From NCBI GenBank assembly GCA_000320545.1, contig ADNK01001148.1, positions 9,092 through 73,091 of the forward strand: a stretch of DNA of 64,000 bases. Reading direction: 5' to 3'. Numbering within the stretch: the stretch's first letter is position 1; every line of letters begins with the position of its first letter. This document shows, one piece after another, positions 53,737-64,000 of this stretch. The position numbers were made by a program, and so were the translations under genes. Below the pieces are notes generated by a model. The model made no database searches, was not told the origin of the DNA, and saw only the letters and a list, made by a program, of their open reading frames with translations. This DNA comes from Bigelowiella natans CCMP2755 (lineage: Eukaryota > Protista > Cercozoa).

Positions 53737-56700
53737 GGATTTGTTTGTCCTTCATCCGTTTGTATTTTTGGATACGTCCGAACGAATAAACTTGATTTGG
53801 AATTTCTGTATAAATCAGGATCTTGTGAAAGCTCTCCACAGATAGGAACAGCAATGACGACGGTATATCGGCTTAGCTGCGATGGCTGGACGACTGGTAC
53901 TAGCCTGCCCCTTCGGTATCAATTTCAAATGGTCACTTCGAGGCACACGATAGCTGAGGTAGAGGCGCACGAAGCCAGCTTAGAGAAAGGGTAAGTGACT
54001 TCTGATAATTGCAAACAATTCTATCGTATTACCATTCGTATTACCATCTAGCATCGTATAACCCCAAACAATTGTTTGTCTCTTATGTCTGCTGCTAGCG
54101 CCTCATCCGATGAGCCGTTCTTCCTGGATCTCTGTGAGCTGAGGCAAGTGGGATATTACCAATCGGTCCTTTCTGAGAGCAGCGGGTTGTCGAATATCGT
54201 GGTGATAAGAGCACGCATTGTCGATGACACTGGGGCTTCAAGCTCATTCCCGTTCAGTTTGACGGTGTTACCTCTGCCCCCCTCGGGTCTTTCCACAGCT
54301 GAAAAAACGATGAACACCAGATTCAGTGAAGGCGATATGCAAGAATATGTTGTGCTAGCTGCTGGGATCTCGTCTCAACTGAACTCGGGCTTCCAAGATC
54401 CGGCTCCTCCTCCGGTACACTCTGCCACCACACTACGCATGTCGATGCTACGAAATTTGGAGGACATCACGATCTCGAACGGGAGCAACCTTGCACGGGT
54501 CCTCGATCCTCAAACATCGTCGGCTTTGGTTGAGCGCATCACTGCTGCGAATCGCAGTGGAGAGGTCGATGATGGTCTTTTTGATTTGTCAATGGATGTC
54601 ATGACCTCGATCGTGCGAGCGCAAAACCAAGTGAATGCTGAACAGACCGATCTCTCTCTTCCCCAAACGGCTGCTCAGCTTTCTGGTTCCGTCGCAAACA
54701 TGCTCCATGCAGCAAAAGCATCGCGATTGGACCTCCCTGTGAACCGATCCCTCGCAGTTGCGAACTTGCTGTCGAACCTGAGTTCAATGCTTGTTTCGGG
54801 CGACCAGGTGGTGGTTGGAGAGGAAGCCGTCACAGCTGGAAGCGCCAACTCCCAGGATGGCTCTCAGAGGGTCACGCTGTCCGGAAAACTGATAGCGAGT
54901 ACAAGCCTGGAGAATGCTACACTAGCACAGAAAGCCACAAACTGTAAAGTTGTTTTCCAGCCATCGGGTAGGACAATAGGAGGGCCAAATGCAAGCTCGA
55001 GTTCATCCGTTCTTCAGCTCGGACTGACGACCATCGTAGGAGGAAAGTCTTCTATGTTTTACGAAACCTGGCCTGCGGGCCGTGAATCGAAAAATGGTAT
55101 CTTGAAAATAGATGTCCGGTCCATTGACAGCCAGGAAATACAAATCCAAAATACATCGCGTCCTATACGTTTCACGGTTCCAAACTGGGAAGCTAAAAGA
55201 TCTACAGCTAATGAGGATCTAAGCCGCTACGGTTGCGCGTATTGGAACGGAACCCACTGGAGTAAGCGGGGACTAAATCTCACCATGGAGCAAGGGGCTC
55301 CTGTATGTGAAAGCACCCATCTCTCCCTATTTACCCTGCTAACCGATTCGGTCAGCGTCGAGGTGAACACAGTCAGTGCAAACGATCTTACCGATCTCGA
55401 TGCATTTGATCCTTCCAAGAACCCGATGATGCTGCTGGTTGTTGTGGTGTTTGCTACGGCGCTGCTCATTCTCCCCATTCTGCGATGGTATGATCGAAAC
55501 CCCGGAATGTGCGCCGCCACTCTTACCGACTGCAGAGGATCGAATAAGGATTCCTTTGAGGATATTCAACGGGATTTCTGGAGGCTGAAAACCACGGCAC
55601 GATACCTTCATACAGAAGCCAAGGGCTCGTGTCGCACATGGATGCGCACTAGCTCCATAGCCATGCGAACTCGTCACCCGTGGCTGTCCATTGCGCTCAG
55701 GCACCCTGGAGACTACATGAACTCTCAAAAGAGGCTTCTAGTGCTTTTGGTTCTCGTGATGAATGGCGCCGTCGTGTGCGCGCTCCTTGAAGGGACTTCT
55801 CAGAAGCTGTTTTTTCTCACTGGAACAGCTGCATTGGCCATTGTTGCTTGCCTGATTTCATTTCCCGTACCCTATGTCGTATCGGCGATGTTCTATCGCG
55901 CGACACCGAAAGAGTTTCGCGTCCCATTCGTAGCATCAGGTCTGGCTGCCGCTCTGCCTTGGATTTTCTTCATCGCATCGGTTTGTGCTCAAGATGTTCA
56001 TGATGGTTTAGCTATGGAAGACGATGAAGCTGAAGCCGAAGCCGATGGCGATGACAATTTTGAAAACGACGAAAATGGAGACGATCAAGGTGAGACACAG
56101 AAGCAACAAGACGAAGTAGATGGTGCTGATGATGATGATGATGATAGCGATGAGGAGAAAGGCGACGGGAAGAAGCTGGATGGAAAGGAAGCGAAGTCAA
56201 AGCGTGTCAAAACGAAACCCGGCATCCTTCCGTTCCAATCGTCCATGGTAACGCACACGGGTTCGGCCGCCGGTGCATCGCTAGGCTGGGTTGCGGGTGG
56301 CGAACGGAAAGAACAGAAGATATTCAAACGTTCTCAGAGTATGAGAATGCACTTTCAATCGACAAATACGAATTTCGTCACACGATCTGAGTCTTTCTAC
56401 GGGTTCGCCAGCGAATCGTCGGTCGGTAATAACGAATGGACAACGAGAGATGGCGTTGGAATTCTGGTATCAGGGGTACTCATTCTAGGCTGCGCTTTCT
56501 TGCTCGTAGTCATTTCTTGGAGCCGCCGGATGGAAGGCGGTCAGGAAGCGTTAGAGGTCACCGTAATGTGCTACGGCCAGGACGTACTTTTGCGGATATT
56601 TACGATAGCTTTAGCTGAGGGTGTTCTTATTGCGATGCTCTCTTTTTCAACAGTCCAGAGCATTACAAGGGCAGATGGCGGACGCGCGCTCACCACGATG

Positions 56701-57354
56701 GTTCTTCCCTGTGATGTAGCCACCTGCTTCGTGGACAGTAGGGGGATAGTCGACGAGGTCACTGCAGCTGGAAAGAGGCTTGGGGTTCGAGTTGGATGGT
56801 CAATCGTCCGGATCAATGGTGAAGCTGTGAGCTCTGAACGAGAGCGTCAGGCTGCAGTGCGTCGAGCCCACGCCATGGGATCGCAATTTTCTGTCTCATT
56901 CAATGTCGCACCCTGTAGAGAAAATGCTAGACTCGACCGTTTACCGTCTGAATCGATCTCCTTCCATTCTGGTATAGACCCAGAACAAGACTTTCCGTAT
57001 CAACCGCCTTCACCACGTCGTCGGTTACAATTCGGGCGTGCTGCCGGTTCTGGGTACCGTACTACGAGGTATTCGATCGTTTTCGACAGAGCTTTTTCCA
57101 ATGGTTTTATTCACGTTCCTTTCTTTATTCAATTTTAAAGCATCCCCCCCCCCCCCTTTTTTTTTTTGGTAATTCCGGCCCGCACGAAACATGTTAGGTT
57201 TGAAAGAGAGCTTCGGAGAACGGTTCTGTTCGGCGACATCAGCCACTACAGCATCAGTGAGAGCGATGAACCTGGAGAGGATTCTGTCTTGGATGAGCCC
57301 GGATGTATTGCCCCGAACGCTGCAAGTTCTTCCTCAACTTACACTGCTCATTAG
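47153..57354 (+). CDS. Polycystin-1/REJ-like adhesion receptor, copy 2
   Basis: Same exon structure as copy 1 (ORFs 47682-50717, 54076-57138, 57166-57354). C-terminal ~1000 aa nearly identical; repeat domain divergent. Confidence 0.85.
47904..50310 (+). repeat. Coding tandem array of 43-aa RCC1-like repeats, copy 2
   Basis: 19 repeats plus the degenerate first unit; same framework as copy 1 with different loop residues. Confidence 0.93.
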
Positions 57355-57703
57355 AAGCAAATCAATGCGAGTCACTAACCGTAACTAACGTATCTGATGA
57401 TACAGATGTGTGCATACCTCACAACGCTGTCGCAGTGCATGGTGTAGTAAGCAAATGAAAGAGCATGATCCATAGACCTTACAGTGATATGCTCCGTGTA
57501 TACATGTATACACATATACACGTATGGATATTGCCAACACCGTGTGTTGATTATGCTTAGTCATGGGCGTCAAGCATTCTGCTCACCCTACCTCGCTGCC
57601 ATGTTCCGATGTCCAGCATTTACCTGTTTCGCGCGATTCGCGCGCCGAGATGCAAACATGTACACCGGTCGGGCCATCAATTGCAATGCGGCGGGTGCTG
57701 AGC

Positions 57704-58036
57704 TACTTGCATGAGCAGTCCCAGCACGCTAGTACGCACGATCATCATCCTGTGCGTCATTTCCGAATCTGTTTGGATTTTGAATTCTGCATCATTTTGA
57801 TCAACAGGGTAGATCACTTCTTTCATGTGTGCAGATTCATCTGTGGAATGGGATTTCATGGTCCGTGTCCCAATGACAACAATGCCGTCTTGATCACAAC
57901 AAAATTCTCGGATGCATCTCAAACCTCTGGTCTTTTTTTCTTGCATGTTCAGCACATGTTGCTTTGAACGCATCGGAACCATGCATTTCAAGTTCACCTC
58001 CTCTTCCACAGACATTGAAAGATTCCGATGTTTCAT
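57704..58036 (-). pseudogene. Small intronless hypothetical gene, hypermutated, abutting E2
   Basis: MKHRNLSMSVEEEVNLKCMVP... has protein-like composition once H/C/M are read as former Y/I; AT-rich upstream region. Confidence 0.4.
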
Positions 58037-58457
58037 TTTCCTTCATCTTTTCACAAAAGATCATTTCGGTGCAGTGTTTAGAAAAATTCTTGAAACCATT
58101 TCCACAAGAACACAAATTTGCAACTAGACCCATGATGATCAATGGTTGTTGCACTGTCAATCACGACATCACCAGTGCGCACATTCATTGGAAAACTGTG
58201 TTTCAATGTTTCAATTGGGTCGAGTTCAGCCATGATCCAACATGTACATGCACATGCACACATGCATGCAAATCCTTTCAATGTTTTGCATGTGCATTGC
58301 AAACATTTTCCATGCACATTTGCAGAACATGTGCATGCATTTTTTCAATTCAATGTTTCGAAACTGGGGAAAAAAAAAATTGTTTTGCACGTGAAATGAT
58401 GCAAAATGATTGGCACATGATTTTTCGGAACAGACGAATTGTTTTGAAAAGCTTTGT

Positions 58458-59354
58458 TCAAACACCAATCAGTGTCGCATCTGCCATTTTCAATTCTTGC
58501 GAAGTGACGGTTTGTTCTGAATCTCTTGATGCTGATGAATTTGCTTCAAACATTGGATGTCTCCTAACTGGTGATGAATCACCTCCATTTTTTGCACTGT
58601 TCCGAAACTTTCTCAGCGCCAAGATGCCGGCTCCGGTGGCAGCCAGCGCCCCTGACCCGGCCAGAGGTGCGTACACATGGACCGCCGTGTTGGCTTTGTT
58701 GCGATCCTGGCGCATCTTGACGTACCGGTACGCCATGAAAATGTCCTCTTTGGACGTCCGTGAATTGCCCTCGGCACATCATGCATCGATGAACACGGCG
58801 GCATGGATCTTCTTGTGCTTGGCCAACAGCAATCTGCGGGTCTCAGTTGCACTTGACCCTTCCGCAAAAGCTGCCGCCTTGCTCTTCGCCAGCAATTTTG
58901 ATGCTTTCTGAGAAGAAGTTTTTTTTTCCAAATGTTCATCAATCGTCGTGAATTTGTTCCGTTTCGATTTCACTTTGATCTGCATGAAACTGGAAACATC
59001 TTGCTTCTTCAGCCCGGCCAGACGTTTGTCTGATTTCAAAATGTCTTTGAATTTCGCAAAAAGTTTTGACTTTGCCATGGCCTTGCCTGTTTTGGTGTCG
59101 ATCACAGATGACGCAACTCCGCCGCAGAGGTGCGAAACAAGCAAACGGAGGTCTTTGTTTTCGATGTCGTTGCTTTTGATGACAACACTGCTCTTTTTTT
59201 TGGCACTTTTCTTCCCTGCTGTTTTCGGTCTTTTAGAAGTAGTAGTGCTCTTGTTCTTCTTCATCTTGGCATCCTCGGAGCCAGGGCGCGGGCGTTTCCG
59301 AGTTTTAGGCGCCGCCTTCGTAGTCGTTTTTTCAGTTTTTCTCACTGGAGGCAT
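58458..59354 (-). pseudogene. Lysine-rich basic protein with possible divergent H4-like histone fold; in-frame TGA at 58779-58781
   Basis: ORFs 58779-59402 and 58458-58736 share a frame. N-tail MPPVRKTEKTTTKAAPKTRKRPRP...; motifs DIENKDLRLLVSHLCGGV and TETRRLL...FIDA*CAEGNSRTSKEDIFMAYRYV. Confidence 0.45.
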
Positions 59355-59636
59355 GGATGAATTTTTGTTTGCAATGATTTTGTTTTTGGAAAAATGTTTC
59401 AATGTGTTTCTTTGTGATTCACATCAACCGACCGAAAAAATGAAAAAAAAAAGAAACAAAAAAAAAAGGGCAAGCATTTTTTTTTTCCAATGTGCACCAA
59501 AAAAACATTTTGAGAACAAGGCATCTCAGAATCCAAAACTCCTTGGAACCTCACGAATTGCAGCAGTGCAAATAATAAAAAAAAAAGAATCTCTTTTTGT
59601 TTTTTTGGGCACCATCAACAACATCATCATCACACA

Positions 59637-61330
59637 ATGAGCGATGCGAGAATGGAAGTGGGACACAGTGGCAGCAGGGCCGAGACTAACAACAAAAAAA
59701 GGAGGAGAACTCTCACCTGCACCTCTGCCACTGCCCCCACCTCCACCACTACTCCTCCTCCTACTACTACTACTTCGACTCCCACCACCACCACAACCCG
59801 GGACGGATTGTGGTGCTGCAAAAAAAGGACGATGCAAAGGAATCCCTGCGACTCTGTAGCAGACAGATCAAGAACCAAGATCATGGAACCATCAAAGATC
59901 TGGTCACCTCCAGCCAAATTGTTCATCTCACAACAACAAAAGATCATGAACTCTAGCCTCTTTCCCTGGCATTGATGTCCGGGCGCGAAGACGTTGCGGA
60001 GCTCTTCATCAAAGTGGCCGGAAAAGAAGAAAACCACAAGAACAAGAAAAGGAAATTGGATTTCTCGCCATCGCAGCCCCTGAAAATGGCCGCAACGACC
60101 AAATGTGAAACTTGCGGACCCGACATGACAAGATTCCTGATCGAGCATGAAGCTGATGTCAATCATGCCCATGGCAGCTCTTTGTCATCCAAATGCCGCG
60201 GGTTCACCCCTCTGATGACAGCGGTAGCACGCCACAATGACGTCACCGCCAAGATCCTGCTGGAAACCGGTCTGATCCAGCTCGAGAAGACCAGTCACAG
60301 ATCCGGTACGGCTCTCAGCGCAGCTGTTACGTGCGGCAACTTGGAAATGGCAAAGTGTCTGATCGCCTCGAACGCCAATGTCATGGCAAGGAACGAGCAC
60401 TCTGGTCATGCCCTGCTCGGGCAGGCGATTGACGGGAGACTCGGTGCGTGTGTCGGGAGACCTAGTGCATGCATCGCTGACATCGTGAGGCTCTTGATCG
60501 ATTGCAAGGTGAATGTCAAAGCCAGCGGGTGCAACAGCACGACCCCTCTCTTCTCAGCGGCCAAGAAAAACCGAAAAGATTTGGTGGAGGTTTTGATCCT
60601 AGAAGGGAAGGCGGACGTAAATCTTCCTGGTGACTTCCGGGGCGCACTCCCCCCATTCGAAGCGATGAACAATGGTCATTTTGATGTGGCTAAATTCATG
60701 ATCGAAAAGGGGGGCGCTGATGTCGACTGCGTGGATCTGGAATCGGAAGGTCATGCCCCGCTGGTCCAAGCGATCCTGTTGCACGAATGGGAGTTCGGGA
60801 AGCATCTCCTTGACCAAGGAGCGAATCCCAACAAGTGCAGTAGCAGGAACCGGAGAACCCCTTTGCTGGTCCTCATCACCCAGGCTGCGATGTTTGGTGA
60901 AGAAAAAAAGAAAGAATCCATCGATTTCACAAGGTACTTGATCGACAAGGGTGCGAACATTGAAGTGAGAGGAAGCGGGAGGCTGGCGAGACGTCACCGC
61001 ACGCCCTTTTTCGAGTCCGTAGAACAGGATCTACTGGAGATTGCCAGTGTCCTGATCAAAGAGGGAGCGAATGTCGAGAGCATGGACAAAAGAGACGGCG
61101 CTACGGATTTGCTCAAGGCAAACAGTTTCCGCATGTCCAAACTACTGATCGACAACGGCGCGGATTTCAACAGGAAATCCAAAACGTCTTGTTTCGGATG
61201 CACTCATCCGGTCGTTGCCGCGGCCGAGAAGAAACAATGGAAAACCGCATTGTGCATGCTTGTGAAAGGAGATGCGGCTACGGCAAAGAACGCGCACGAG
61301 GTCCGTCACGACACAGCTAGCACTAGCTAG
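59637..61330 (+). pseudogene. Ankyrin-repeat protein, intronless, frameshift near 59960, hypermutated
   Basis: GFTPLMTAVARHN...ILLETG, GTALSAAVTCGNLEMAKCLIASNANV, TTPLFSAAKKNRKDLVEVLILEGKADVN, RTPL...YLIDKGANIE. ORF 59637-59975 overlaps 59972-61330 out of frame. One Tyr in 452 aa. Confidence 0.85.
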
Positions 61331-62384
61331 CTAGCAATGCGAGATTTCGATGCAGCATGCGAGCATATCTCTGGAGATGTCGTTTGATTGTGACATTATG
61401 TGACCAAGATCCCACCATCCACAGAGTCACCTCCTGCATTTATGCGCGCATGGCCGCTAAAGTCTAAGATTTTGCCAAAGAATCAAAATCATGGACGGCG
61501 CGGAATGGCCATGATGGACACGTAGTACTGATCGCATATTTCCAGCATCATCATCACATTGTACCTCAAGGGTTAGAAGCGCATTATGATGATTGCATAA
61601 ATTGAAAGCTTCTTCGACTTTTCCTCGTGTACTTATATTAATGTGTCCATACGTGAATAAACATACGAATGTGCATAGATCACCTAACTGCAATCACCCG
61701 CTTATTCATTTCTACTAGCTTCGAGGTCCTGCTCGCTCTACCCTACGATCATCACACGGCTTCGTCATTCATTGCAAGCCATATGGCCTGCACTCCTACG
61801 AAACCGAGCACGCAAGAAGAGGTGTACAGACATTCGACCCGGGCGGTCGTCCACGAGCAAGCCGCCCTGCTCTCCTGCCCCCCACTCTATAGCTGGGTTT
61901 CTCTACGCCATCACTCCTTCGTTGCGGTATCTATTTTTAGACCATTTCCCGGAGTCACTGACGCCCTCCCAATGCTGCAGAGGAGGTGCCACCTGCGGCA
62001 CGTTTGTCCAGCTTGCCCCGTGAGTCTGGAACGAAGTTGGGGAGCGGGATGCCTGGGAGCGACTTCGGCCCATTCTTCGCAGCGATCTCAGCGGCAGTCT
62101 CAGGTAACACATCCACATACCTGATGGTGATTGGGAGTGTGGATTGGGCCTGAGGACTAGGCGGTGCTACTGTTTTGATATCGGATGATGACGTGACGGC
62201 GGCTGTGGCGACGACCGCGTGCGCACGCGTATTATTTTATTTGGTCGAGACTCATGGCTACATGTACACTTCCCCTTTGCATTAGCTACTTCTCTAATAA
62301 TGGCAATGATGATGATAGTCGTGATAATAATAATAATAATAATAATGATAATAATAATCATCATGAGCGCAAGTAATGTAGTAC

Positions 62385-62545
62385 TGTTCGTCATAAGGCA
62401 GGCCAACAGCTCGGGCCGAGAGCTCCCACAGCCTCTTCGCTTTCTCAGGATTCTGGACTTCAGCGGAAGGCTCATTCTCGAAGATTTCGCCTCCAGACCC
62501 GCCTGGTGATGGCGTTTGTTCCCCATCGTTAGCACGCATGGATAT

Positions 62546-62576
<31 letters not shown>

Positions 62577-63473
62577 CTATAAACATACATATATAACATA
62601 TACTATTCTTGTAAAAGATACGTTTATATCATAGGCAATACCAGCTCCAACAAGTCCTCGTTCGTTGGGATCAGAAGAGACCTGACAAGGGGGAGGGTGG
62701 GAGGGTGGAGAGGAATATTGTAAAATGACGGGTGCGAATGACGTTGCCTTTTCCATACGCACTGTTGTACATACTAGCAGATCATACTGCACAGCTTAAT
62801 CGTAGATCTCGCCGACAGCAGCATCTATATTAGCACACCACCGCAATTGCACGCACGCAGCCCCGCTCTCCAGTTGGAAGCACACACTCAACTTAGTGAG
62901 CGAAATTGCTACGAATGACGGGGGGGGGGTTGCGGTCAGGCGCTGCTGATCGATAGGGCAAATAAATACCTTGAGATACGCAACGGTCTTAGCACCGCCA
63001 TTCCACCCCCAATAAACGCCTGATTTCTTGCACATGGGATCTGACACCACCTAGGTAGCGTTTCGAGGTAGTGGCAGTGGTAGTCAGTAGTAGAAGGCAT
63101 ATATCATCAATCCCCAGAAAGACAAGATTTGCAGCACCAAAACACATACTAAATATATAGTATATATATATACACACACACACACACATATATACACATC
63201 TGTATTATTTATATATGCTGCAATAGCTAACAACACGACACCTGCGCCAGTCGCTCCCCTGCCTCTGGCTCCGACACATATCCCCCAGTCACGTACTTCA
63301 TGAAGAGGGGGAAGAGCTTACGAAACCATGGCTTCTTGTCGCGGAATAGGGCCGTTTCAGCAATGCATCCTTATTTTTGTTTTTTGAGAGGAAGGGGGGG
63401 GGGGGGGGGATGGGGGAGAAATGCGATGAAGAAAATGCTGGTGGAGAATTGGGATGTAGAATTGGTACTAATT

Positions 63474-63547
<74 letters not shown>

Positions 63548-63806
63548 ACAGTATATTGAATGTGATGTACTTAAAATGAGGCTCGTTGGTGATATCTTTT
63601 GATGCTCAATGCGCAGCATGGATGGAGTGCTAATACTACCAGGGTACAGCGTGTTGAACGTGATGCCCGTCTTGTCGTTGTATCTTCGATGAGCTTCCAG
63701 AATCGTCATCATGTTAGCAAGCTTGCTGTCCTGTTTACCGCACAGGAGAATACAGACACACACGAACGCACACAAAACGTCGGTTTATTTTCAGAGTGCG
63801 TAGTCG

Positions 63807-63857
<51 letters not shown>

Positions 63858-64000
63858 TGCGCCAATCGTTTCGAGACTGCAGAGATGGATGACAGTAGCT
63901 TTGTTCTTTCCTACTCGGACAAGTACTATGGAAACACAAGTACTATGGAAACACACATTTGCAGCAGCAGCACCACCACCAGCACCACCTTGTAGTTGTT
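62385..64000 (-). CDS. POR: Light-dependent protochlorophyllide oxidoreductase (LPOR), 3' exons; 5' part lies beyond the window
   Basis: [31 protein letters not shown]|[42 protein letters not shown]|[27 protein letters not shown]|[13 protein letters not shown]|[39 protein letters not shown], with GT-AG introns. Confidence 0.93.

Larger units (their letters stand above)
45244..57703 (+). repeat. 12.5 kb direct repeat, copy 2 (E2); first ~1 kb is TpA-depleted as in E1
   Basis: Same termini as E1, offset 14447 at the left end. Confidence 0.96.
27090..61400. mobile_element. Composite accessory island of virus-like and repeat-protein genes with a 12.5 kb internal duplication
   Basis: Sits between convergent host genes. 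Abrupt change in composition, intronless decayed genes at both sides, an NCLDV-type ATPase in the middle. No transposase, integrase, TIR or TSD seen. Confidence 0.65.
57704..61400. other. TpA-depleted (hypermutated) tract, right
   Basis: AT-rich sequence with very few TA, mostly in CTA/TAG or GTAC context. ORFs are rich in His/Cys/Met and almost free of Tyr. Confidence 0.9.

Noticed and set aside
57625-57735. Helitron-like 3' end (CGCGCG-ATT-CGCGCG hairpin; GTGCTG...CAGCAC then CTAG|T)
   Set aside because: Hairpin spacing and loop size are atypical, there is no matching 5' TC end or RepHel gene, and the CTAG is not part of E1.

Overview
Intron-rich nuclear DNA from a photosynthetic protist. 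The POR gene and the microsatellite-filled introns suggest a chlorarachniophyte-like alga, which is an inference. The host flanks carry a ferroportin gene, tRNA-Leu(CAA), a DUF1214-type gene, POR and a few unassignable multi-exon genes. Between the convergent DUF1214 (+) and POR (-) genes lies a ~34 kb island arranged X-E-S-E-Y. E is a 12.5 kb direct repeat. Each copy holds a spliced polycystin-1-like receptor gene (signal peptide, 20 RCC1-like repeats, REJ, GPS, multi-TM, PDZ-like) whose repeat loops differ sharply between two otherwise near-identical copies. S is a 1.9 kb AT-rich giant-virus-like fragment (A32 packaging ATPase, SIM-RING ligase). X and Y are decayed intronless WD40, ankyrin and histone-like genes. 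The strongest signal is that X, Y and the first kb of each E have lost almost every TpA dinucleotide, mostly sparing CTA/TAG contexts, while CpG is retained. Conserved protein motifs give the direction as TA->TG/CA (Tyr->Cys/His, Ile->Met, Val->Ala). This looks like a RIP-like, double-stranded A:T->G:C hypermutation system acting on foreign or repetitive DNA, in the opposite direction to fungal RIP. All counts and alignments were done by eye.
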